A DNA stretch of 64,000 nucleotides, taken from assembly GCA_964563615.1 (NCBI GenBank), contig CAZLWF010000002.1, positions 1,859 to 65,858 on the forward strand. Reading direction: 5' to 3'. Under the pieces are notes generated by a model. That model was given only the letters and a program-made list of their open reading frames with translations. It ran no database searches and was not told the origin of the DNA. Of the stretch, positions 38,735 to 47,576 are shown one piece after another. Within the stretch, counting starts at the first letter, position 1. The number at the start of each line of letters is the position of its first letter. This stretch comes from an uncultured Candidatus Saccharibacteria bacterium (GTDB taxonomy: Bacteria; Patescibacteriota; Minisyncoccia; Phycocordibacterales; UBA9973). The position numbers were made by a program, and so were the translations under genes.

Positions 38735-38808
38735 CGCGACCGACCGGACTTGAACCGGCGACCTCCCACGTGACAGGCGGGCGCTCTAACCAGCTGAGCT
38801 ACGGTCGC
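38735..38808 (-). tRNA. tRNA-Asp (GTC)
   Basis: GCGACCG...CCCGC-CTGTCAC-GTGGG...GCCGG-TTCAAGT-CCGGT CGGTCGC G. Confidence 0.95.
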
Positions 38809-38854
38809 AAATATTTTATTCTCTAATACTATTTTTTATATCATCTTTGCTTGC

Positions 38855-38889
38855 CTAACCAAAACAACTACAATCGCAAATATTTTATT
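38855..38889 (-). repeat. Degenerate copy of the tRNA-Asp 5' leader and 5' end
   Basis: 28/35 identical to 38786-38820, without gaps. Confidence 0.8.
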
Positions 38890-38917
38890 GGTTTATGTCC
38901 GTCATTGGCGAACATTG

Positions 38918-38990
38918 TGTCGGGAGTGGGGATCGAACCCACGACCCCAGGCTTATGAGTCCTGTGCTCTACCAACTGAGCTACCCCGAC
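38918..38990 (-). tRNA. tRNA with CAT anticodon (elongator Met or Ile2)
   Basis: GTCGGGG...CAGGA-CTCATAA-GCCTG...GTGGG-TTCGATC-CCCAC TCCCGAC A. G1-C72 is paired, so it is not an initiator. Confidence 0.9.
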
Positions 38991-39157
38991 AAAAAGCAAA
39001 CGTTTTGCTTTTTGTTCGATGGTGTTATTCGAAACATATAATGACGACGTTATTCGACTTTTTCGAACCGTCGTATTCACCACTAACTAAAGCAACGGCA
39101 CAAAGACATGTAGATGTGGCATGTCACTTGCCGACTTGCCCGCCTTTGGCGGGAGTG

Positions 39158-39229
39158 TTGCGGGGGGCCGATTCGAACGGCCGTCTTCAGGTTATGAGCC
39201 TGATGAGATAACCACTTCTCTACCCCGCG
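39158..39229 (-). tRNA. Initiator tRNA-fMet (CAT)
   Basis: CGCGGGG...CCCCGCA with C1xA72 mismatch; TCAGG-CTCATAA-CCTGA anticodon arm. Confidence 0.92.
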
Positions 39230-39302
39230 ATATTTTTATATTACTTACTATAGCATTTACCAATACTCATAACCTCTGGTTATTCGCGCTGTAGTCTCAT
39301 TG

Positions 39303-39331
39303 GAGATAACCACTTCTCTACCCCGCGATAT
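39303..39331 (-). repeat. Perfect 29-bp copy of the tRNA-fMet 5' end
   Basis: GAGATAACCACTTCTCTACCCCGCGATAT at both 39205-39233 and 39303-39331. Confidence 0.92.
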
Positions 39332-39395
39332 GATTTTAGCAATGCTTTCCCATTCTAGCCAAATTAGGATATTTTGCAACCTAAAAATTGTAAAT

Positions 39396-39487
39396 TCTGG
39401 AATAAGTAATTTTCGAGTCGAGGACTTGTCTGAGCAATTTCCATAGAAATTACGAGTTCTGCAGATGAGAAAATTATTTATTCCAGA
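39396..39487. repeat. Intergenic hairpin element, same core as 1613-1697
   Basis: 19-bp inverted repeat (1 mismatch) around CGAGGACTTGTCTGA-[hairpin]-GAGTTCTGCAG. Confidence 0.85.
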
Positions 39488-39496
39488 TATAGAAAA

Positions 39497-40177
39497 CTAA
39501 ATAAAATCAAATTCTCGAAAGACCCTCTCGTAGAGTCCAATGACTCGTTTAGCTTCATGTTCTGTCAGCTCAAAGTTTGAACCATCATGGGCGATTTGAT
39601 TTCTAACTTTATGGGCATCCCACGCATCCTGGAGTGTCGTAAAATCACTTGCTTCAATGACCTTTAGTCTCTCACCCAGATTTTCACCTTTATACCCCAT
39701 CCGATTCACCATTTCATCAAGAATAATATCCGCATCAATAATCGCCTGTCGCCATTCACTTTCATTGTTAGTTGCCATATGTTTTTTGACACTATCCCAT
39801 CTTGGATTTTTTGGCTCATTTGTTGGTATTGTTATGGCAACCTTTTTCATTGCCTCTTCTTGTTCCTTTTCAATTTCCTTGGATCGAATATGTGTGTACG
39901 CAATAATAATTGCCATTGCAATTCCAACTATAGTTAAAATACCAACAAGTATTGCATAGACTGACCCATTGACGAGGGCTTCCCATATTGCCTGAAGTAA
40001 TGCTGCAATTCTGTAGAAAACATATTCAAGATTTAAATATGTCGGCAACCCCCCGTCATTAGTAGTAGGTATGCCACGACTAATAAGAACAAGTGCGAGA
40101 AATATACCAATTACTGAAGCTATGATCCAAGGACCTGCACTGGTACTGCTTGCAGGTTTTGCTTTTGCGTCTGCCAT
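39497..40177 (-). CDS. Hypothetical membrane protein
   Basis: TM helices followed by W..V....ESEWRQAIIDAD..LD...GENLGERLK...AWDAHKVRNQIAH. Confidence 0.75.
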   Translation of the reverse strand: MADAKAKPASSTSAGPWIIASVIGIFLALVLISRGIPTTNDGGLPTYLNLEYVFYRIAALLQAIWEALVNGSVYAILVGILTIVGIAMAIIIAYTHIRSKEIEKEQEEAMKKVAITIPTNEPKNPRWDSVKKHMATNNESEWRQAIIDADIILDEMVNRMGYKGENLGERLKVIEASDFTTLQDAWDAHKVRNQIAHDGSNFELTEHEAKRVIGLYERVFREFDFI

Positions 40178-40182
40178 ATATA

Positions 40183-41604
40183 CTATTGTACGCTTTTTTC
40201 AAACTCCTTACCAATAGCAAAAAGTACTTTCTCGCCAAAATGTGGCGCCATAAACTGTATACCGTACGGCAACCCTTCGCTATTTTTACCTGAAGGAATC
40301 GATATTGCTGGATTGCCAGCAATGTTTGCAGGTACGGTAAAAATATCTGACAAATACATTTGTACCGGATCAGTAGTCTTCTCACCAATCTTAAATGCAG
40401 ATGTCGGTGTCGTTGGGGTAGCAATTATAGCAACTGACTCAAATGCCTGATCAAGTTCAGCTCTAATCTGATCACGAACATTAACTGCCTTCCTGTAGTA
40501 GGCATCATAGTAGCCATGTGAGAGTACATAGGTGCCCAATAATATTCTTCGTCGTGTCTCCATTCCAAAACCATTACCTCTTGTTTGCATATAGGTTGCG
40601 AGCAGATCAGCACCTTTATCTTTCAGTCCATATTTCACCCCATCAAAGCGAGATAAGTTCGAAGAAGCTTCTGCTGGTTGTAATACATAGTAGACAGCTA
40701 GTGAATACGGCATGAGCGGCAAATCAATATCAACAATTTCATACCCAGACGCTTTCATCCGTTCTAAACTTGCATTGAAATTTTCAAGCACGCCTTTGTC
40801 GATTCCCTCTCCCGTAAGAAATGCTCTCGGTACACCGATCTTTTTGTTTGAACTATCATGCTTCATGTGCCGCATTGCAGTCGGCAGTGATGTTGCATCC
40901 ATTGGATCATGCTTATTTAGCGTATCAAAAATAATTTCTGCATCACGTACAGATTTTGTCATTGGCCCAATCTGATCAAGTGACGATGCAAGTGCAATAA
41001 GTCCGTAGCGAGAAACAGTATCGTATGTCGGTTTGAGTCCAACGAGCCCACAAAATGCAGCTGGCTGGCGAATAGATCCTCCTGTATCAGATCCAAGTGA
41101 TACTAATGCCATATTTGCAGCAACAGCGGCTGCCGATCCCCCAGAAGAACCTCCAGGTACGCGACTACTATCGAGAGGATTTTTTGTTACCCCAAACGCT
41201 GAATTTTCAGTTGAACTACCTTGAGCAAATTCATCCATGTTAGCTCGACCAAGGAAAATCGCACCAGCTTCTTTTAAGAGCCTTGGCACGGTGCCATCAT
41301 ATGTCGCTTTGTAGTTAGCTAATATTTTTGATCCTGCTGTCACTTGCTTACCTTCGATCAGCATATTATCTTTCATGGCGAATGGAATGCCTGTCAAAAG
41401 CGTTGCAGTGCCATTTACGAAGCGCTCCTGAGCAGCTTGCGCTTGTGTCTCAATATCATCAAATACTTCTAGATAAATATTAAGTTCAGTATTCCTTGCT
41501 GTAATATTTTCTAGATATGCTTGGCATAATTCCCACACTGTGAAGTCCCCATTTTTCAAATGGTCGTGAGCTTTTTCGATTGTGAGATCATGTATAGGTA
41601 TCAT
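40183..41604 (-). CDS. gatA: Asp/Glu-tRNA amidotransferase subunit A
   Basis: KDN, NMDEFAQGSSTENS, PGGSSGGS, GSDTGGSIRQPA, SSNLSRFDG, RRILLGTYVLS.GYYDAYY. Confidence 0.97.
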   Translation of the reverse strand: MIPIHDLTIEKAHDHLKNGDFTVWELCQAYLENITARNTELNIYLEVFDDIETQAQAAQERFVNGTATLLTGIPFAMKDNMLIEGKQVTAGSKILANYKATYDGTVPRLLKEAGAIFLGRANMDEFAQGSSTENSAFGVTKNPLDSSRVPGGSSGGSAAAVAANMALVSLGSDTGGSIRQPAAFCGLVGLKPTYDTVSRYGLIALASSLDQIGPMTKSVRDAEIIFDTLNKHDPMDATSLPTAMRHMKHDSSNKKIGVPRAFLTGEGIDKGVLENFNASLERMKASGYEIVDIDLPLMPYSLAVYYVLQPAEASSNLSRFDGVKYGLKDKGADLLATYMQTRGNGFGMETRRRILLGTYVLSHGYYDAYYRKAVNVRDQIRAELDQAFESVAIIATPTTPTSAFKIGEKTTDPVQMYLSDIFTVPANIAGNPAISIPSGKNSEGLPYGIQFMAPHFGEKVLFAIGKEFEKSVQ

Positions 41605-41613
41605 GTTATAAAT

Positions 41614-41692
41614 TTGGCAAAGGCAAGGAAATTTTTTATTGTGTCGGAGCCCTTTAGGGTAAAGCAATTAAAAATTTCCTTGCCTTTGCCAA
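41614..41692. repeat. Intergenic hairpin with 23-bp perfect inverted repeat between gatC and gatA
   Basis: TTGGCAAAGGCAAGGAAATTTTT (41614-41636) / AAAAATTTCCTTGCCTTTGCCAA (41670-41692). Confidence 0.88.
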
Positions 41693-41695
41693 TAA

Positions 41696-41971
41696 TTAAA
41701 GTATTTTCTGCACTTTTAAAAATCCATCCTGTGTATTAGGCATTTCTCTTAGTAATGTTTCTGTACATGCCCCAGTTTGATTCACATTCTCATCATCTCG
41801 GAAAACATTACGTAATGGGTAATCTGTCGTAATATCTGCGATAGCAATTTCCTTAATTTGTTCAATATACGACAAAATCCCAGACAAATCCTGTAGGACT
41901 TTCTCTTTTTCTACCTGTGGAATTTCCATCCGTGCCAATTCTGCTAATTTATCGATATCACGTAATTGCAT
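41696..41971 (-). CDS. gatC: Asp/Glu-tRNA amidotransferase subunit C
   Basis: KLAELARM...ILSYIEQIKE...NVFRDD...P..QDGFLKV.KIL; upstream of gatA. Confidence 0.93.
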   Translation of the reverse strand: MQLRDIDKLAELARMEIPQVEKEKVLQDLSGILSYIEQIKEIAIADITTDYPLRNVFRDDENVNQTGACTETLLREMPNTQDGFLKVQKIL

Positions 41972-42006
41972 ACAGAAAGTATACTAGAAAAATATATTTC
42001 TGCTAC

Positions 42007-44016
42007 TTATTGCAACAATTGCATAAATGCTTCTTCGGTAAGGGTTTGTATGCCTAATTTTTGAGCATCAGTATATTTTGATCCAGGACTTTCCCCCGCT
42101 AGAACATAGTTTGTATTTTTAGAAACACTACTTGAGACCTTGCCTCCTTGATGCTCAATTTTTGCTTTAGCATCATCGCGAGAAAGTGTAGGCAATGTTC
42201 CGGTAAGTACAAATGTCATACCAGCAAACTTACCATTTTGTTTTTTTATTGATTTTTCAATGCGTATTCCATTTGCAAATAATTTTTCGATAAACCTAGT
42301 ATTAGTTTTTTCTTTGAAATAATCATAGACAGATTTAGATACAATAGGACCGATGTTTGGAATTGCATTGATTGATTCACTTGTTGCACTCGTGATTTTT
42401 TCTAACGAACCAAAATGATTTGCAATATCCTTGGCCGTTTCCTCGCCAACATGTAGGATGCCGAGCGCATACAAAAACCGCCATAGTAATATTTTTTTTC
42501 GTGAAGTTATTGAGTCAATAATATTTTTCGCAGATTTTTCCCCAAACCTTTCAAGTCCCGATAGATCAGCTTCAGTAAGCGTAAAGAGGTCAGCCGCATC
42601 ACTAATCAACCCGTGAGTCTTAAGCCTATCAAGCACTTTTGGCCCGACTTCATAAATTTCAAAGACATTGACGAAATGCTGCATGCCCCGACGATTTCTA
42701 GCGGGGCAATGAGTGTTTGTGCAGTAGTAGGCAACTGTTGTTTCAGCTCCCCCTTTGCGACGCTCAACTTTGGCACGGCAAACTGGACACTCTTGAGGCA
42801 TTGAGAATTTCTTCTCCTTGCCAGTCCTAAAGGATACTAAAACTTCCACGACCTCAGGTATAACATCACCGGCTTTTTGAATAACAACCGTGTCGCCGAT
42901 TCTGATATCCAAGCGATTAATCTGATCAATATTATGCAGCGTTGCTTTTGAAACTGTCGAACCAGCAACGAGTGTTGGTTTGAAATGCGCAAGCGGAGTA
43001 AGTGCACCTGTACGCCCTACATTAACTGTTATATCTACTACAATAGTTGTCGCTTTTTCAGCTGGATATTTATAAGCTATAGCCCATCGTGGGGCCTTGC
43101 CTACCACACCCAAGGTCTCTTCTTGATCTAAAGCATTCACAGACACAACAACCCCATCTGTCCCATATGGATAGGTCGGGCGGATTTTTTCAATTGCATC
43201 AATAAATGCAAAAACTTCTTCAATCTTCTTAGTTCTTTTCTCATGGGAATCAATGGTAAAACCAAATTTTCGCAAGAGTAGATGCTTTTCTGAATGAGTC
43301 GCTAATGAATATGACGCATCAGTCAACCCTTGTATATCCCAAGCAAAAAATTCTAGCGAACGCTCTTGAGCCAATTTCGGATCAAGCTGCCGCAGCGATC
43401 CTGCTGCTGCATTTCTAGTATTCGCAAATAACATTTTACCAAGCCGTTCATTTTCTTTGTTCAAGCGTTCCCAAACTTTTTTTGAAAGTAATGCTTCACC
43501 GCGAATCTCAATATACTTTGGATACGGCTTCGGCAACGTAAGTGGAATATTTTCAATTGTTTTTAAGTTCTCAGTAATATCTTCCCCGATAAATCCATCT
43601 CCTCGCGTTGCCCCTCGAATAAATTTCCCATCTTCATAGATAAGCGACACTGCAAGACCATCAAGTTTAAGTTCACAAAAATATTCTATATCTTTTTCAC
43701 CAGGAAGTAATTTTTTGATTCTTTTCTGCCAGTCAAGCACTTCCTCTTTTGAAAATGCATCATTAAGCGATAGCATGCGTGACGCGTGTGGTACTTTTTC
43801 AAATTTAGCGAGCGCTACTCCCGCAACCCTATTAACCGGCGAAGTTGAATCCTTAAAAGCTGGATAGGTATCTTCGAGCTTACGAAGCTCTTTTGTGAGT
43901 GAGTCATAGACATCGTCCGTAATATCTCTTGCATTATCGACATGATAGAGAGTTCGCAACCGAACAATCTCTTTACGTAATGCCTCTATTCTCTTGTGAG
44001 CTTCTTTGGAATTCAT
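42007..44016 (-). CDS. ligA: NAD-dependent DNA ligase
   Basis: MLSLND, ELKLDG, TRGDG..GEDIT, RNAAAGSLRQ, PRWAIAYK, AGDVIP, C-terminal BRCT domain. Confidence 0.98.
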   Translation of the reverse strand: MNSKEAHKRIEALRKEIVRLRTLYHVDNARDITDDVYDSLTKELRKLEDTYPAFKDSTSPVNRVAGVALAKFEKVPHASRMLSLNDAFSKEEVLDWQKRIKKLLPGEKDIEYFCELKLDGLAVSLIYEDGKFIRGATRGDGFIGEDITENLKTIENIPLTLPKPYPKYIEIRGEALLSKKVWERLNKENERLGKMLFANTRNAAAGSLRQLDPKLAQERSLEFFAWDIQGLTDASYSLATHSEKHLLLRKFGFTIDSHEKRTKKIEEVFAFIDAIEKIRPTYPYGTDGVVVSVNALDQEETLGVVGKAPRWAIAYKYPAEKATTIVVDITVNVGRTGALTPLAHFKPTLVAGSTVSKATLHNIDQINRLDIRIGDTVVIQKAGDVIPEVVEVLVSFRTGKEKKFSMPQECPVCRAKVERRKGGAETTVAYYCTNTHCPARNRRGMQHFVNVFEIYEVGPKVLDRLKTHGLISDAADLFTLTEADLSGLERFGEKSAKNIIDSITSRKKILLWRFLYALGILHVGEETAKDIANHFGSLEKITSATSESINAIPNIGPIVSKSVYDYFKEKTNTRFIEKLFANGIRIEKSIKKQNGKFAGMTFVLTGTLPTLSRDDAKAKIEHQGGKVSSSVSKNTNYVLAGESPGSKYTDAQKLGIQTLTEEAFMQLLQ

Positions 44017-44073
44017 ATTGTAGAAAATACTATACACTAAAGTATAGCATTTTAGTCGATACGGAAAGCCTAA

Positions 44074-44637
44074 CTAATCGCTTGATCCTCCAGTACCGCT
44101 TGACCCACCAGTTGGGTTAGCATACTTAACCTCGAGAAGTCTTTCAGTGATGCGATTTGTATCAAATGTGCTTATCGCATTACATGTCGTATTATATCCT
44201 TTAGAGATTATACGAGTTTGTGCGCCACTGCTATATGCCTTGTCTATAAAGACAATAGCGCAGCCCTTGTCTCCTGAATTGAATTGAAATGAAAATGACG
44301 TAGGTGAAATAGTAGTAAAATTCGCTACTAATGAGCCATTGCATTGTGGAGTCGCTGGTGAAGCAATAGAAAAATTACCTTTCTTGAGATCATAAAATAG
44401 TGCACAATCAGCACCAGCATCAGCTGCAAAAAATGAATACTGTGATTCTTTGGCTGAAAAGGTCAGTTGTAACTCTTTATAGGCAATACTAAAAATTCCT
44501 AATCCAAGTGCCAAAATAATACCCGCAATAAGTACAGTGAATAGTACAACGAAGCCTTGTTGTTTTTTGCTATACACAGAGAAAATATATTGTGCTTTTT
44601 GTATGCTATTTATTTTAGGTAGTGTATTTTTTGCCAT
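44074..44637 (-). CDS. PilX/GspK-like minor pilin
   Basis: QQG/FVVLFTVLI prepilin site lacking Glu5, and SFFAADAG; lies in the pilin cluster. Confidence 0.78.
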   Translation of the reverse strand: MAKNTLPKINSIQKAQYIFSVYSKKQQGFVVLFTVLIAGIILALGLGIFSIAYKELQLTFSAKESQYSFFAADAGADCALFYDLKKGNFSIASPATPQCNGSLVANFTTISPTSFSFQFNSGDKGCAIVFIDKAYSSGAQTRIISKGYNTTCNAISTFDTNRITERLLEVKYANPTGGSSGTGGSSD

Positions 44638-44640
44638 ATA

Positions 44641-45282
44641 TTATTCCTGAGTTCCCCCAGTCGAAGGTGCATGGTTTGGTTCCCAATTAAAAAAAACAGT
44701 TTGGTATTTGATAGATTTAGTAACAGTACCCTGGAGCCAACTAACCGTACTTGTTATTAGATAGCCATCGCTTTGATCTGATTGATGCAAAGCCTCAATT
44801 TTTATTATGCGGGTGTAAGGTGACAGGATTTGACCAGTTGGCATTTGGCATGATGGCCCATACCCATAATACACATAACTATTGCTTGCATAACTACCAC
44901 CTCCACTATTTAAGGTAACTGGCACTTGACACGTCGATCCTGTACATGGGCAAATCGCAAGTGTCGCTGGATCAATGTTACAGCCTGTGCTACATGCTCC
45001 GGTATTAGTTACTGTTTTAAATGTTTCCCAACCACCACCTGTTGTATTAGAAAGCACCATACTATCTCGAAGTCCACGCATAAGCTCAATCCCCTCCTCA
45101 GCTAGATATGATGCTGTCATACGATTTTTTGAAAAAGTTGCATTTGCTGCACCAGACGCAGATACACTAATCAAAAAAATAATTGATGCCGAGAAAATAA
45201 GCAATGAAACTAAAGTTTCGACTATGGTAAACCCTTGATTATAGGAACGAGATTTTATTTTTTTATAAAGTTTTCTATCCAT
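44641..45282 (-). CDS. Type IV minor pilin (PilV-like)
   Basis: QG/FTIVETLVSL N-methylation motif, ASYLAEEGIELMR. Confidence 0.85.
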   Translation of the reverse strand: MDRKLYKKIKSRSYNQGFTIVETLVSLLIFSASIIFLISVSASGAANATFSKNRMTASYLAEEGIELMRGLRDSMVLSNTTGGGWETFKTVTNTGACSTGCNIDPATLAICPCTGSTCQVPVTLNSGGGSYASNSYVYYGYGPSCQMPTGQILSPYTRIIKIEALHQSDQSDGYLITSTVSWLQGTVTKSIKYQTVFFNWEPNHAPSTGGTQE

Positions 45283-45285
45283 ATA

Positions 45286-45927
45286 TCAGTTTGTTATTGG
45301 AACTAAATCACAGGTACTATCACAATTAATCTGTCGTTCAGTGACGGTCGTTTGTATGGCAAATGGTGTTTTGATATCTTGAAAAACTATTTCACCAACG
45401 AGCCGTATTGTTACCATTGGTTGTAACCCGATAGTATTACTTGCGTTGACTACATTAAAGCCAGATGATTTGAAGATATGCACTTCAGCGGGGGTTAATA
45501 TTTGGTCTTTTGACTGATCAGTACCTCTGCCTTTGATAAGCTGGTAGTAGCTTCCAACTGACTGCATTCGATATATAACCTGGTCAGATACATCATTAGT
45601 ATTACCCCCTACCGGCTCAAATGCAAACGAGAAATATGGCTCTGGAGCACTTGATGTAATAGGACAATCATTCGCCACATTGATTGCGCTTGAAGCATAG
45701 ATATTGCAATGATACAAACTTCCAAGTCTGATATTTCTCGTCATGTCTTCCATGATGAAATCAATATTATCTAGAATATTTCTAGTCGTTTGGCTCTTTT
45801 TATGCAGTTTAGTGACATTAAGTACTGCGCCAATACCAATCGTCATAATGATAGAAAAGAGTGCAACAGCAATCATGATTTCGATCAGGGTAAATGCAGA
45901 TGTATCTTTTTGTTTGTTACGCATCAT
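45286..45927 (-). CDS. Type IV minor pilin (PilW-like)
   Basis: SA/FTLIEIMIAVALF, MEDMTRNIR. Confidence 0.85.
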   Translation of the reverse strand: MMRNKQKDTSAFTLIEIMIAVALFSIIMTIGIGAVLNVTKLHKKSQTTRNILDNIDFIMEDMTRNIRLGSLYHCNIYASSAINVANDCPITSSAPEPYFSFAFEPVGGNTNDVSDQVIYRMQSVGSYYQLIKGRGTDQSKDQILTPAEVHIFKSSGFNVVNASNTIGLQPMVTIRLVGEIVFQDIKTPFAIQTTVTERQINCDSTCDLVPITN

Positions 45928-46631
45928 AAAGTAGAGCCGCCATTAGGGAATAAATTCTTCGCATCACCGTCAACAACACTGATCTGCCCGATTGGCCAAA
46001 TAATAATCGTTTTCTTTAAACCTTTGGCAGATTGGATAACAATCTGAGCGCCACCAGTCGTTAGTGCTGCTGCTACTCCATTACTTTTTGTTCGAAATGT
46101 CGGATCAGGAAATGGACGAGAAAATGTGACTGAGAGATTTTTATACGTACATTTTCCACCACCATCACAAAGTGAAACAATGGTATCTGAAGACTGGATC
46201 GTTGTTACACCCAAACATTCATTTCCAGCACCACCTGGGTTATTACAATTGCCGTTTAAAATGCCGTCAGGACTAACCCCGACTGTACCAATATCACGAA
46301 AATAATTAAATTTATTTTGATTACCAGAAGTTGTATCAAAATTAACGCCATACGAAGGGGCTTGACCAGCAATAAAGCCACTCGTGAGGCTTCCTGATAT
46401 AGCATTCGTCTGAGCCTTCTTTATGATAAGAGCAATATCTTGCGCTAAATTTTGCAATGTCACATTACTCGTAAAAGAGCTAAATTGAAAGAGCACCGTA
46501 CCTGATATCGCGCCAACGATAGAGAGAACGACAATGAGCTCAATAAACGTAAGCCCGCGCATATCACTATGCGCTTTTGCAAGTTTTACTCTAAAATATC
46601 TAACTATTGAATAACATTTTTTATATATCAT
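45924..46631 (-). CDS. Type IV minor pilin (FimU/GspH-like)
   Basis: RG/LTFIELIVVLSI...AQDIAL.I..AQ..A. Start is uncertain (ATG 46631 or 46562). Confidence 0.8.
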   Translation of the reverse strand: MIYKKCYSIVRYFRVKLAKAHSDMRGLTFIELIVVLSIVGAISGTVLFQFSSFTSNVTLQNLAQDIALIIKKAQTNAISGSLTSGFIAGQAPSYGVNFDTTSGNQNKFNYFRDIGTVGVSPDGILNGNCNNPGGAGNECLGVTTIQSSDTIVSLCDGGGKCTYKNLSVTFSRPFPDPTFRTKSNGVAAALTTGGAQIVIQSAKGLKKTIIIWPIGQISVVDGDAKNLFPNGGSTL

Positions 46632-46668
46632 CTTGTGTGCTTGAAGCTTTGTGTTCAAGCGAGTACGA

Positions 46669-47460
46669 CTATAGTGAAAAGTATGGAAAAAATTTGATAA
46701 GGCATGCACTGAAAGCGTACATAATAAAAGTTCCCAGTACTAAAAACGGTCCAAACGGCACCTCACTCTTCATAGTATAGCGCTTTTTTCTAAAAAATAA
46801 TAAGATGATCGCAACTAACGCTCCAGACCAAAATGCGATCATAAGTGCTGCGATTCCCATTGCAATACCAAGCAAAAAACCAATACCAATCATAAGTTTA
46901 ATATCCCCAAATCCCATAAGTTTGCCATCTGAGAAGTACCACAACAAGAAAAACGGTAGCGGCAAGAGTATGCCACCCAACAGATGCCACAGTTCAGGTA
47001 CTGTTATACCAACTGGTGAAATAAAAAGATTAAGAAATGTGAGTACTATAAATAAATAGCACAGCCGATTTGGAATGATCATATGCTTAAGATCATAGAC
47101 CGATATAACAATCAGCAAACACATACAGAAAACAGCAAACAGAAGCGGTGCTAGAAACTGCCACAATGTAGCGCCTGGTACATAGTACTTGGCAGCGAGT
47201 GCAACAAATACCAATCCTGTTATTGCCTCAACGATAGGATACTGCCAAGCAATTTTGCTTTTGCATTTGGTGCAACGTCTACGTTGAATAATAAAACTCA
47301 CAATCGGGAGCAATTCATACCAGTGAAGTGTTTTGCCGCACGACATACACATTGATCTACCACCAAGTCCTTTACCAGTCTGGAATCGGTAAATAACGAC
47401 ATTCAAAAAACTGCCAATAAGCGTTCCTAAAATAAAGAGAGCAAAATAATAAGGCAACAT
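46669..47460 (-). CDS. pilD: Prepilin peptidase
   Basis: GSFLNVVIYR, RSMCMSC, RRCTKC, YD, MGFGDIKL, VPFGPFL. Confidence 0.96.
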   Translation of the reverse strand: MLPYYFALFILGTLIGSFLNVVIYRFQTGKGLGGRSMCMSCGKTLHWYELLPIVSFIIQRRRCTKCKSKIAWQYPIVEAITGLVFVALAAKYYVPGATLWQFLAPLLFAVFCMCLLIVISVYDLKHMIIPNRLCYLFIVLTFLNLFISPVGITVPELWHLLGGILLPLPFFLLWYFSDGKLMGFGDIKLMIGIGFLLGIAMGIAALMIAFWSGALVAIILLFFRKKRYTMKSEVPFGPFLVLGTFIMYAFSACLIKFFPYFSL

Positions 47461-47528
47461 AGAAAAATAGCGATTAGTTAAAACTATATCTAGTATAGCA
47501 TTTCATTTTCTGCAGAGATAGGTCGAAC

Positions 47529-47560
47529 AAAACAAAAACCCCTTATGGGGTTTTTGTTTT
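47529..47560 (-). terminator. Intrinsic terminator after the major pilin
   Basis: AAAACAAAAACCCC-TTAT-GGGGTTTTTGTTTT. Confidence 0.8.
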
Positions 47561-47576
47561 TTAGCCATGAGCTATA

